A DNA stretch of 64,000 nucleotides, taken from the NCBI GenBank assembly GCA_003506435.1, contig DOAQ01000043.1:18737-82736 (forward strand), in the 5' to 3' direction. This DNA comes from Prolixibacteraceae bacterium (GTDB taxonomy: Bacteria; Bacteroidota; Bacteroidia; Bacteroidales; Prolixibacteraceae). Shown here piece after piece: positions 1 to 9,468 of this stretch. The translations under genes were made by a program, and so were the position numbers. The first letter of the stretch is position 1. Every line of letters starts with the position of its first letter. Under the pieces are notes generated by a model. The model saw only the letters and a list, made by a program, of their open reading frames with translations, did no database searches and was not told the DNA's origin.

Positions 1-1
1 T

Positions 2-991
2 TCTTTCTCCCCCTCTTTCGGAGGGGGAAAGGGGGAGGCTTCTCACGCCATCGTTATTGACTTAGGCGGAACAATTATCAAGATAGGTCTCTTGCTTGGA
101 ACCCAGCTCATCGACCGCACGGAAGTAGTTGCACAATCGGCTTCCGGATTGAAATCGCAGCTTCCTGAACTGGAAACCACCATCGATAAAATGCTTTGTA
201 CCAATCGGCTATCGGCAAAAGATGTGTTGGGCGTTGGATTTTCGTTTGCCGGGCTGGTCGATTCTGTGGAAAACCGGATTTTATCAACAAATCAAAAATA
301 CGACGATGGACCGGATACTGATCTGGTTGGCTGGGCGATGAGGAGATGGAACTGGCCGCTTTTTGCCATGAACGATGCCCGCATGGCCTTGCTTGGCGAA
401 TGGCAGCATGGGGCAGGGCAGGGGTGTTCCGATCTGGTGATGGTCACTTTGGGCACCGGAATCGGAACAGCAGTTTTAATTGGAGGTGAGTTGTTGATTG
501 GAAAACATTTCCAGGCCGGAAACCTGGGTGGACACTTTGTTGTGAACCACAAAGGGACGGTATGTACCTGCGGAAATGTGGGTTGTGTGGAAGCAGAAGC
601 TTCAACCTGGCGGCTGCCTTCGTTGTTGAAAGAGCATCCGGAGTTCTCAAAAAGTCCGATACATGATGAAAAAGTTTTGGATTTTAAGGCTCTTTTTCAG
701 TATGCAGAAAAGAACGATCGGGTTGCTGCCGAAGTGCTGGACCATTGCCTTTCGGCGTGGGCTGCCGGAATCATTACCATGATTCATGCGTTTGATCCGG
801 AAATGATTATACTAAGCGGCGGGCTCATGAAAAGTTCAGCCATTATTTTGCCTGCCCTTCAGAAAAAAATAGATAGACTGGCCTGGACACCCTGGGGAAA
901 AGTGAAACTGGTTGAAGCTAAATTTCCGGATTCAGCAGCTTTATACGGAGCTGACTGGCTGGTGCGGTCGAAATTGAAAACTGGGAAATAA
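2..991 (+). CDS. ROK family sugar kinase or regulator, probably 5'-incomplete at the window edge
   Basis: The frame is open from nt 2. The N-terminal 'AIVIDLGGT' ATP-binding motif (nt ~47-73) lies upstream of the first listed start (TTG at 92). The ROK zinc motif 'GHFVVNHKGTVCTCGNVGCVEAEAS' is present. Confidence 0.8.
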   Translation, partial: SFSPSFGGGKGEASHAIVIDLGGTIIKIGLLLGTQLIDRTEVVAQSASGLKSQLPELETTIDKMLCTNRLSAKDVLGVGFSFAGLVDSVENRILSTNQKYDDGPDTDLVGWAMRRWNWPLFAMNDARMALLGEWQHGAGQGCSDLVMVTLGTGIGTAVLIGGELLIGKHFQAGNLGGHFVVNHKGTVCTCGNVGCVEAEASTWRLPSLLKEHPEFSKSPIHDEKVLDFKALFQYAEKNDRVAAEVLDHCLSAWAAGIITMIHAFDPEMIILSGGLMKSSAIILPALQKKIDRLAWTPWGKVKLVEAKFPDSAALYGADWLVRSKLKTGK

Positions 992-1012
992 CAGAACAGA
1001 TATATTAGGAAA

Positions 1013-2791
1013 ATGGAGAAAAGTTATTTAAAAAGATCTTCAAAATTCAACAACTTTCCTGTTGTTGAAATAAAGACGGAGGGATGGAAAGTTGAAAACG
1101 AATGGGAAGCTATTTGTGCCCGATTGAACAAAGAAATATCGCTCATAAAAGGAAAGAAAAAACGGGTGGTCATTGAAACCTATCAGGGAGTGATCCATGA
1201 GGAATTAATTACTAATTTGAAAAATGGATTGGATCATACTCATTTTATTCATGCTGAAGAATACATGTTGCCTGAAGATGAGATCAAAAAATTGGTGTTC
1301 CCGGATGTGACCAACGACCGGATTTTTGGTTTTTTGACACGTCTGACCATGGGTGCCTTTTTCGATACTGAAAAGGTAAAAACTATTCAAAATAAAATAG
1401 GAGCAGTAGAAGAAGGAATAATTGTAATTTACGGAAGCGGCGCTGCTCTGTTGTGCCCGGAACCTGATCTGCTGGTCTATGCTGATATGGCTCGTTGGGA
1501 GATACAACTTCGGATGCGTCAGCATTTGGTCGATAACCTGGGAGTTAAAAACCGCGAAACCGCCGACTGGATGTTACTCTACAAGCAAGGGTTCTTTGTT
1601 GACTGGCGTGTGTGTGACCGCTTGAAAAAGCAACTATTCGATCAATGGGATTTTGTGCTGGATACCAATAAAGCCGGTCGACCCAAATTGGTAGAGGGAA
1701 AGGCGGTTCTCGAAGGATTGAAAATCGCAAGTCAGCGACCATTTAGTGTGGTTCCGTTTTTTGATCCCGGGCCATGGGGCGGGCAGTGGATGAAAGAAGT
1801 ATGTAATCTGGACCCTGAATCACCAAACTATGCGTGGTGTTTCAACTGTGTTCCCGAAGAAAATAGTTTGTTGCTGAAATTTGGTGAAGATGTGGTTGAA
1901 ATTCCTTCTGTCAACTTGGTATTTCGCCATCCGCGCGAATTGCTTGGCGATCCGGTTCACGGACGTTTTGGTGATGAATTTCCCATCCGTTTCGACTTCC
2001 TCGATACAATGCAAGGCGGCCATCTGAGTTTGCAGGTACATCCGCTTACCGAATACATTCAGGAAAAATTTGGCATGCATTATACGCAGGACGAAAGTTA
2101 TTACATGATGGACGCAGAAGATGATGCAATCGTCTATCTCGGACTGAAAGAAGGAGTCTGCCCTACTGATATGATGCGTGAGCTGGAAGAAGCCCAGGCC
2201 GGTGGCCCTTCGTTCGATGCGGAAAAGCATGTGCAAACCTGGCCGGTAAAGAAACATGATCATGTGCTGATTCCTGCCGGTACGGTACATTGTTCAGGGA
2301 AAAATAGTATGGTACTCGAAATCAGTGCAACCCCGTATATTTTTACCTTTAAACTGTGGGACTGGGGACGGCTTGGAATGGATGGAAAACCCCGTCCGAT
2401 CAATATCGAACACGGAAAAAATGTCATTCAATGGGATCGTACAACAGAATGGACACGAAACAATCTGGTGAGCCGGATTGAAAAAATTGCAGAAGGCGAT
2501 GGTTGGTTGGAAGAACGCACCGGGCTGCACGAACGCGAATTTATTGAAACCCGGCGGCATTGGTTCACGAAAAAAACAGAACACCATACACGGGGAGGAG
2601 TTCATGTTATTTGCCTGGTTGAAGGTGACGAAGTGATTGTTGAAAGCCCTTCAAGTGCTTTTGACCCATTTGTGGTGCATTATGCTGAAGTATTTATTGT
2701 ACCGGCTTCGGTTGGGGAATATACCATTCGTCCGTATGGCGCAGGCGCAGGTCAAAAATGTGCAACACTGAGAGGACTTGTGAGATTTTAA
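1013..2791 (+). CDS. Class I mannose-6-phosphate isomerase-like cupin protein with a long N-terminal domain
   Basis: 592 aa. It carries 'GGHLSLQVHP', 'QDESYYM' and 'VLIPAGTVHCSG', which resemble type I PMI metal and active-site motifs. Confidence 0.6.
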   Translation: MEKSYLKRSSKFNNFPVVEIKTEGWKVENEWEAICARLNKEISLIKGKKKRVVIETYQGVIHEELITNLKNGLDHTHFIHAEEYMLPEDEIKKLVFPDVTNDRIFGFLTRLTMGAFFDTEKVKTIQNKIGAVEEGIIVIYGSGAALLCPEPDLLVYADMARWEIQLRMRQHLVDNLGVKNRETADWMLLYKQGFFVDWRVCDRLKKQLFDQWDFVLDTNKAGRPKLVEGKAVLEGLKIASQRPFSVVPFFDPGPWGGQWMKEVCNLDPESPNYAWCFNCVPEENSLLLKFGEDVVEIPSVNLVFRHPRELLGDPVHGRFGDEFPIRFDFLDTMQGGHLSLQVHPLTEYIQEKFGMHYTQDESYYMMDAEDDAIVYLGLKEGVCPTDMMRELEEAQAGGPSFDAEKHVQTWPVKKHDHVLIPAGTVHCSGKNSMVLEISATPYIFTFKLWDWGRLGMDGKPRPINIEHGKNVIQWDRTTEWTRNNLVSRIEKIAEGDGWLEERTGLHEREFIETRRHWFTKKTEHHTRGGVHVICLVEGDEVIVESPSSAFDPFVVHYAEVFIVPASVGEYTIRPYGAGAGQKCATLRGLVRF

Positions 2792-2799
2792 ACCTTTGT

Positions 2800-3582
2800 A
2801 TGATGGAATTTAATCCCGGATTTGATATAAAACCGACTGTAAACCCGATGGGGTTTCTTTATGGAAATGATGTATTTGGACCGCAGGTAGAGAACCGCAG
2901 GTTGGACGATATTCGCAAAAGTTTGCGCAATCCCGGCTGTGAAGGGCCGGAAACAGTGTATTCCATCGCAATGGATGTAGGAAAAAAGGAACATTTGAAA
3001 CGACTGGAAAAATTACACCTGTTGTTCGGGGTCGTTACTTATGCTGCCGGAAGGCTGGGCGATGAGCCGGTGCGTAGTCAGGGACACATTCATAAAGTGT
3101 CGCCGCTGAGCGGCTGGTCAACTCCAGAGGTTTACGAAATATGGTCGGGCAGGGCTATCATTTATATGCAGGAAACGGCAAAAGATAACCCTGGACACTG
3201 TTTTGCTGTGGAAGCTGGTCCGGGCGAAGTAGTTGTGGTGCCTCCGTATTGGGCACATGTCACCGTTAGCGCTGATGCGGAGCAACCGCTTACCTTTGGC
3301 GCATGGTGCGATCGCGCTTATGGGTTTCAGTACGATGATGTACGGGCGCACAACGGTCTAGCCTGGTTTCCGATAATTCAGGAAGACGGAACAATCGGGT
3401 GGTTACAAAATCCAGCATACAATGAGGGGGCGTTGCAAATTAAATCACCGTCTGATTATTCATTGCTGGGTATCGAAAAAGGAAAACCCATTTATACCCA
3501 GTTTGAAGAAGATGAATCGCGTTTTTTGTTTGTTCCGCATCCGGCCTTAAAAAGAACGGAGTGGAAGAGTTTTATTCCGTGA
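2800..3582 (+). CDS. Cupin-type glucose-6-phosphate isomerase family protein
   Basis: I start it at the ATG at 2800, just after the upstream stop. 'SQGHIHK...EVYEIWSG...VVVPPYWAH' is a cupin His/Glu metal-site pattern typical of archaeal-type PGI. Confidence 0.55.
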   Translation: MMEFNPGFDIKPTVNPMGFLYGNDVFGPQVENRRLDDIRKSLRNPGCEGPETVYSIAMDVGKKEHLKRLEKLHLLFGVVTYAAGRLGDEPVRSQGHIHKVSPLSGWSTPEVYEIWSGRAIIYMQETAKDNPGHCFAVEAGPGEVVVVPPYWAHVTVSADAEQPLTFGAWCDRAYGFQYDDVRAHNGLAWFPIIQEDGTIGWLQNPAYNEGALQIKSPSDYSLLGIEKGKPIYTQFEEDESRFLFVPHPALKRTEWKSFIP

Positions 3583-3788
3583 CAGTTTTTCACTGCCGCA
3601 ACTTTCTTCGGTTTCCCTTCCTTTTTTAGGTGATGTGGTTCCGGTGCAACAGGGACGGGTTGGTTTGTAAAATTTGCATTACCCAACAAAAAACTCCCTG
3701 AAAATCTTTGAATTATACCGGAATAGTTTTATTTTTGCCGCGCATTTTATAAATATAATGTCTAACTTATTAATTTTTTGATTATTAC

Positions 3789-5768
3789 ATGACAGAATTA
3801 CAAAACGAGAACCTTGAACCAAAGGAAGAACTCGAAACACAGGAAACCGCTCTGGTAACCGAAGAAGTTGTTGCTGAAGAAGCAGAAGTAAAAGAAGAAG
3901 CAGTTGCTGAAGAAGTAGCTGTAGATGAGGTTGAAGAAGAAGCTGCTGAAGAGGTAGTTGCTGAAAAACCTAAAAAAGCAGGCAAAGCAAAAAAAACAGT
4001 TGAAGTTGCCGCAGAATTTGACTGGAGCGCATTCGAAAAAGGGGATACCACCAGCGCTGCACACACCGAACTCGAAAACCTTTACAACAAAACCCTGACA
4101 ACTGTTCAGGAAAAAGAAGTTGTTAACGGAACCGTAATTTCGATGAACAAACGCGAAGTTGTTATCGACATCGGTTACAAATCGGACGGTATTGTTAGTT
4201 TGAACGAATTCCGCTACAATCCGGAACTGAAAGTGGGCGACAAAGTAGAAATCTACATTGAAAGCCTTGAAGACATTAAAGGACAGATGATTCTTTCGCA
4301 CAAAAAAGCACGTGCAATGCAATCGTGGGATCGCGTTAACCTGGCCCTCGACAACGACGAAATCATTAAAGGGTACATCAAATGCCGCACAAAAGGTGGT
4401 ATGATTGTCGATGTATTCGGAATTGAAGCGTTCTTGCCTGGTTCTCAGATCGACGTGAAACCGATCCGCGACTATGATGTATTTGTTGGAAAAACCATGG
4501 AATTCAAAGTGGTTAAAATCAACCATGAATTCCGTAACGTAGTTGTTTCGCATAAAGCGCTCATCGAAGCCGAACTGGAACAACAGAAAAAAGACATCAT
4601 TTCGAAACTCGAAAAAGGACAGGTACTTGAAGGTACTGTTAAAAATATTACTTCGTACGGTGTATTCATCGACCTTGGCGGTGTTGACGGATTGATCCAC
4701 ATCACCGACTTAAGCTGGGGCCGTATTTCGCATCCGAACGAAATCGTTGAATTAGACCAGAAACTGAACGTGGTTATCCTCGACTTCGATGATGACAAAA
4801 AACGTATCGCCCTTGGTTTGAAACAACTTACTCCTCACCCATGGGATAATTTAAGCGCCGGACTGAAAGTTGGCGACAGCGTGAAAGGTAAAGTGGTTGT
4901 TATGGCCGACTACGGTGCATTTGTTGAAATTGCTCCCGGAGTAGAAGGTTTAATCCACGTTTCTGAAATGAGCTGGTCGCAGCACCTGCGCAGCGCACAG
5001 GACTTCCTGAAAGTGGGAGAAGAAGTAGAAGCACAGATTCTTACATTGGACCGCGACGAGCGTAAAATGTCGTTGGGTATCAAACAACTTCGTCAGGATC
5101 CATGGGGAGACATCGACAACTTGTTTGGCCTTGGAAGCAAACACAAAGCAACGGTTCGCAACTTCACCAACTTTGGTGTATTTGTTGAAATTCAGGAAGG
5201 TGTTGACGGCCTGATCCATATTTCGGATTTGAGCTGGACGAAAAAAATCAAACATCCGTCAGAATTTACTTCAATCGGAGCTGAAATTGATGTAGTTGTT
5301 CTCGATATCGATAAAGAAAACCGTCGTTTGAGCCTTGGGCACAAACAGTTGGAAGAAAATCCATGGGATGTATTCGAAACTATTTTCTCGGTTGATTCAA
5401 TTCATGAAGGAACAGTAGTTGAGTTGTTCGACAAAGGCGCAACCATTGCTCTTCCATACGGTGTTGAAGGTTTTGCAACTCCGCGTCACCTTGTGAAAGA
5501 AGACGGATCGCAGGCTCAACTGGAAGAAAAATTGGATTTCAAAGTAATCGAATTCTCGAAAGCAGCAAAACGCATCATCCTTTCACACTCACGTGTGTTC
5601 GAAGATGAGAAAAAATCGGAAGAAGCTGCTGCCAAAAAAGTTCAGGCAAAAACAACCAAGAAAGTTGTAAAACAAGTGAAAGAAAACACGATGGAAAAAA
5701 CAACTCTTGGCGATATTTCTGAATTAGCAGCTCTGAAATCGCAGATGGAAGCTGACGAGAAAAAGTAA
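3789..5768 (+). CDS. rpsA: 30S ribosomal protein S1 with an acidic low-complexity N-terminal extension
   Basis: 659 aa with six S1/OB repeats ('G.V....V...G.FV.....EGL.H.SE.SW' recurs). The first ~80 aa are an E/V/A-rich extension. Confidence 0.95.
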   Translation: MTELQNENLEPKEELETQETALVTEEVVAEEAEVKEEAVAEEVAVDEVEEEAAEEVVAEKPKKAGKAKKTVEVAAEFDWSAFEKGDTTSAAHTELENLYNKTLTTVQEKEVVNGTVISMNKREVVIDIGYKSDGIVSLNEFRYNPELKVGDKVEIYIESLEDIKGQMILSHKKARAMQSWDRVNLALDNDEIIKGYIKCRTKGGMIVDVFGIEAFLPGSQIDVKPIRDYDVFVGKTMEFKVVKINHEFRNVVVSHKALIEAELEQQKKDIISKLEKGQVLEGTVKNITSYGVFIDLGGVDGLIHITDLSWGRISHPNEIVELDQKLNVVILDFDDDKKRIALGLKQLTPHPWDNLSAGLKVGDSVKGKVVVMADYGAFVEIAPGVEGLIHVSEMSWSQHLRSAQDFLKVGEEVEAQILTLDRDERKMSLGIKQLRQDPWGDIDNLFGLGSKHKATVRNFTNFGVFVEIQEGVDGLIHISDLSWTKKIKHPSEFTSIGAEIDVVVLDIDKENRRLSLGHKQLEENPWDVFETIFSVDSIHEGTVVELFDKGATIALPYGVEGFATPRHLVKEDGSQAQLEEKLDFKVIEFSKAAKRIILSHSRVFEDEKKSEEAAAKKVQAKTTKKVVKQVKENTMEKTTLGDISELAALKSQMEADEKK

Positions 5769-5816
5769 TTTGAAAAAGGGTATGGACAAATCCATAAGAA
5801 TTTCATAAATTGCATT

Positions 5817-6182
5817 ATGGATTTTGAAATTATAAAACAGGCAGATCACACCAGGGTGAAAGTCCTTAGCGATAAGCTGGACACCAACAATGCTCCTGAT
5901 TTGAAATCGGAGCTGGTAGTGACCACCGGGAACGGTGAACGGAACATCATTTTGGATGTCAGTAAATGTCGCTATTGCGACTCGTCGGGACTGAGCGCTA
6001 TTTTGGTAGCCAACAGGCTTTGCGAAGATGCCGGCGGAACATTTATACTGACAGGTCTGCAACCCGATGTGGAACAGATTATCCGCATTTCGATGCTGCA
6101 TACGGTGCTGAGTATTACCAAAACACCCGAAGAAGCCGAAACGCTGATGAAAGACAGAAGCGAACAATTGCCAAACGCATAG
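5817..6182 (+). CDS. STAS domain protein (anti-sigma-factor antagonist-like)
   Basis: 121 aa. 'ILDVSKCRYCDSSGLSAILVANR' matches the STAS/SpoIIAA phospho-serine loop pattern. Confidence 0.7.
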   Translation: MDFEIIKQADHTRVKVLSDKLDTNNAPDLKSELVVTTGNGERNIILDVSKCRYCDSSGLSAILVANRLCEDAGGTFILTGLQPDVEQIIRISMLHTVLSITKTPEEAETLMKDRSEQLPNA

Positions 6183-6189
6183 TTGCTAA

Positions 6190-7116
6190 ATGTCTTTTGA
6201 TCTGACCATATTAGGTAGTAATTCAGCGTTACCTACATCAAACAGATATCCAACCGCTCAGGTATTAACCGTACCTGGGCGGTTTTTTTTGATTGATTGC
6301 GGGGAAGGAACGCAGATGCAACTCCGTAAAAACCGCATTAGCTTATTGAAAATTGATCACATCCTGATCTCGCATACTCACGGCGATCATATTTTTGGAC
6401 TCATTGGCTTAATTTCAAGCATGGTTTTACTGGGCCGCAAGAAAGATCTCCATATCTTTTCGCATTCCGAACTGCAAAAGTTCATCCAGTTTCAACTGGA
6501 TTTCTTGTACCAGCAAGAGGCGCCTTTTCGCCTGGTATTTCATCCGCTGAGTTTCAAGTCGCCGCAAATAATTTATCAGGATAAAAAAGTCAGCATCACC
6601 TCTTTTCCTCTGAAACACCGTATTGCAACCTGTGGTTTTATTTTTCAGGAAATAGTCAAATTACCCAAGCTGAAAAAAGAAAAACTGGAAGAATACAAAA
6701 TTCCGATCCGCGACCGGCAAAAAATAAAGGAAGGCTCCGATTTTGTTTTATCCGACGGAAAGATTATCCCCAACAGCGAATTGGTAATTCCTGCCAACAA
6801 ACCGTGCAGTTATGCTTTTTGTAGTGATACAGCCTATCACGAAGAAATTATTGATACTATCAGAGGAACCGATCTATTGTACCACGAGGCAACATTTGCT
6901 GAAGAACATAAAATTTTGGCGGGTGAAACGTTTCATTCAACCGGAAAGCAGGCCGCAACAATTGCCCAAAAAGCGGGAGTGAAAAAGCTGATTCTTGGTC
7001 ATTTCTCAGCCCGTTATAAAACCAGTTCAATCATTTTGGAAGAAGCCCGCGAAATTTTTCCTGAAACGTATGCTGTCGAAGATGGCAATGTATATAAAAT
7101 AACCGGAGAAGAATAA
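6190..7116 (+). CDS. rnz: Ribonuclease Z (tRNA 3' endonuclease, metallo-beta-lactamase fold)
   Basis: 308 aa. Contains 'LILGSNSALP', 'FLIDCGEGTQ' and the 'ISHTHGDH' HxHxDH motif, with a C-terminal 'LGHFSARY'. Confidence 0.85.
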   Translation: MSFDLTILGSNSALPTSNRYPTAQVLTVPGRFFLIDCGEGTQMQLRKNRISLLKIDHILISHTHGDHIFGLIGLISSMVLLGRKKDLHIFSHSELQKFIQFQLDFLYQQEAPFRLVFHPLSFKSPQIIYQDKKVSITSFPLKHRIATCGFIFQEIVKLPKLKKEKLEEYKIPIRDRQKIKEGSDFVLSDGKIIPNSELVIPANKPCSYAFCSDTAYHEEIIDTIRGTDLLYHEATFAEEHKILAGETFHSTGKQAATIAQKAGVKKLILGHFSARYKTSSIILEEAREIFPETYAVEDGNVYKITGEE

Positions 7117-7144
7117 AGAACACATGAAAGACCAAACGCATCTT

Positions 7145-8497
7145 TTAATTGTATAATGCATTCGAAATCAGCATGTAAATAATCAGTCCGAGAATATCGT
7201 TCATGGTGGTGATAAACGGACCGGTTGCTAATGCAGGGTCGATTTTTAATTTATTCAGGACCAAGGGGATCAGCGTACCAAACGTAGATGCAAAAAGAAT
7301 GACAATAAACAATGAAAGGCTTACCGACAAGGTCAGGTTCATGCTTTCGTCCCTGAAAAAATTATAGTTGAAGATAAGTGTTGAGAAAAGAAGTGCCGTA
7401 ATCAGTGCAACCGAAAGTTCCTTTAGTAATTTCTGGCTCATTGAGTCGAAATCGCGACTACCGCTGGCAATGCTCTGTACCACGATTGACGACGATTGTA
7501 CCCCTACATTTCCGGCCATAGCGGCAATCAAGGGAATGAAAAACGCCACTTCCGGTATTTTTTTTAGCGATTCCTCGTGTGAACCCAGTACCAGGGCGCC
7601 GGTGATTCCTCCCAGCAATCCGATGAACAACCAGGGAATACGAGCCCTGGTGAGCTGCCATACCTTATCGCCGGATTCCACGTCGCCTACTAACCCCGAA
7701 ACCATCTGGTAATCTTTTTCCGCTTCTTCGCGAATTACGTCCACCACGTCATCAATGGTGATCCGGCCTTGTAATCGCCCGAGCTGATCAACAACAGGAA
7801 GGGCAACCATGTCGTATCGTTCCATAATCTGGGCAACTTCTTCCTGATCGGCATTTATGCTCACGGAATGGACTTCTTCTGTAACCAGATTTTTTATGAT
7901 GGCCTGGGTTGGTTGCAGTATTAGCTTTTTCAACGAAAGAAGCCCTTTCAGTATAAAATCGTCGTCAACTACATACACGTAGTAGATTTCATCAATATTC
8001 TCGGCTTGTTTGCTGATTTCTTTCAAACAGTTTTGCACGGTCCAGTTTTCGTTCACGGCAACCAGCTCTTTGGCCATAATCCCCCCGGCGGTATCTTCAT
8101 CGTAAACCAGCAGATCGGCAATGTCGCTGGCTTGTTCCTTGTCTTTTATTTCCTGAAGAACGGCTTCCTGCAGATCTTCTTCCATATCGGCAATCACGTC
8201 GGCAGCATCGTCCGAGTTCATGTGCTCGATAAAGCGGGAAGCAATAATTTCGGGAGGAAGCGCTTTCAGGAAACGTTTCCGGTCATCTTCCGGAATTTCA
8301 ACCAACACATCCGAAGCCTTTTCTTCGTCGAGCAGCATATAGAGGTATTTGGCCTCTTCCAGATTCAGCTCTTCCATAATTTCGGCAATATCCGTTGCAT
8401 GAAGGTCTTCAATCAGGTCAAGTACTTCCTGACCGGAGTTTTCTCCGATAAGCGCAATCAGATTGTCGATAAATTCCCTGGTAAGTTCTGATTTCAT
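7145..8497 (-). CDS. mgtE: Magnesium transporter MgtE
   Basis: 450 aa with an acidic N-domain, tandem CBS region ('ALPVVDQLGRLQGRITIDDVVDVI') and a C-terminal 5-TM MgtE domain. Confidence 0.9.
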   Translation of the reverse strand: MKSELTREFIDNLIALIGENSGQEVLDLIEDLHATDIAEIMEELNLEEAKYLYMLLDEEKASDVLVEIPEDDRKRFLKALPPEIIASRFIEHMNSDDAADVIADMEEDLQEAVLQEIKDKEQASDIADLLVYDEDTAGGIMAKELVAVNENWTVQNCLKEISKQAENIDEIYYVYVVDDDFILKGLLSLKKLILQPTQAIIKNLVTEEVHSVSINADQEEVAQIMERYDMVALPVVDQLGRLQGRITIDDVVDVIREEAEKDYQMVSGLVGDVESGDKVWQLTRARIPWLFIGLLGGITGALVLGSHEESLKKIPEVAFFIPLIAAMAGNVGVQSSSIVVQSIASGSRDFDSMSQKLLKELSVALITALLFSTLIFNYNFFRDESMNLTLSVSLSLFIVILFASTFGTLIPLVLNKLKIDPALATGPFITTMNDILGLIIYMLISNALYN

Positions 8498-8498
8498 G

Positions 8499-9281
8499 TT
8501 AGATATTTTTGGGCTGCTCTCTAATCAACCGGGTTAGTAATTCAAAATCGGAAACACTTAATTGTTCGGGGCGCAAAGCCAGAAGATCGCTGTGTTTAAG
8601 CGCTTCGTCAGTGATCATTGCTTTCAGTGAATTGCGCATGGTTTTTCGCCGCTGGTTAAACGCCATTTTTACGACCTGAAAAAATAATTTCTCGTCGCAA
8701 TCAAGGTGTTGCCTGTCATTTCTGGTCAGGCGGACTACTGCCGATTTTACTTTCGGAGGCGGTATAAAAACGTGTTCGCTGACAGTAAAAAGATATTCGA
8801 TATGGTAGAAAGCCTGGAGCAAAACACTCATTATTCCGTAGGTTTTCGATCCGGGGGGCGCAGCAATCCGTTCAGCAACTTCTTTTTGTATCATGCCCAC
8901 AACTTCAGGAATTTGCTCCCGGTTTTCGAGCACTTTAAAAAAGATTTGAGACGAGATATTGTACGGGAAATTGCCGATTACCGCAAATGGGCCGGAAAAG
9001 TATTTCTGAAGATTCAGCCGTAAAAAATCACCCGATATAATCCGATCCTGAAGTTGAGAAAAGTGGCTTTGCAGATATTCAACCGACTCGGTGTCAATCT
9101 CAATAACGTATGTTTGATAGCTTTTTTCAAGAAGAAATTGGGTGAGTACTCCCATTCCCGGCCCGACCTCCAAAACATTTGCGATTTGGCTGGCCGACAG
9201 GCTTTCAACAATTTTCTGTGCAATATTCTTGTCCTTCAGAAAATGTTGTCCCAGGTTCTTTTTCGCCCTTACAATGGTCAT
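8499..9281 (-). CDS. rsmA: 16S rRNA (adenine1518/1519-N6)-dimethyltransferase
   Basis: 260 aa. '[14 protein letters not shown]' and the SAM motif '[12 protein letters not shown]', plus 'GNFPYNISS'. Confidence 0.9.
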   Translation of the reverse strand: MTIVRAKKNLGQHFLKDKNIAQKIVESLSASQIANVLEVGPGMGVLTQFLLEKSYQTYVIEIDTESVEYLQSHFSQLQDRIISGDFLRLNLQKYFSGPFAVIGNFPYNISSQIFFKVLENREQIPEVVGMIQKEVAERIAAPPGSKTYGIMSVLLQAFYHIEYLFTVSEHVFIPPPKVKSAVVRLTRNDRQHLDCDEKLFFQVVKMAFNQRRKTMRNSLKAMITDEALKHSDLLALRPEQLSVSDFELLTRLIREQPKNI

Positions 9282-9468
9282 TACTTTCGCTGTCGTTCAT
9301 TTTTATTTCTCTGAAATATCGCGGAATCCCTTCCGTTTTTAAAACAAATATTTATTTTTGTCTATACTGCATACCCGTGAGAGGGCGCGCAAAGATAAAA
9401 AAGAATAGAGACGGTGCTTTATAAACGCATTTAAAAATAAAGCATTTTCACCAATAAACAAGCCGGAT

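Noticed and set aside
3798-4700. 300-aa ORF antisense to rpsA, plus other long antisense ORFs: 13048-13731 in the TonB receptor, 41028-41663 in glycerate kinase and 58587-59477 in mltG
   Set aside because: Their translations are low-complexity (F/N/V/C-rich) with no motifs. They lie wholly inside confidently identified genes on the other strand, so they are typical shadow ORFs.
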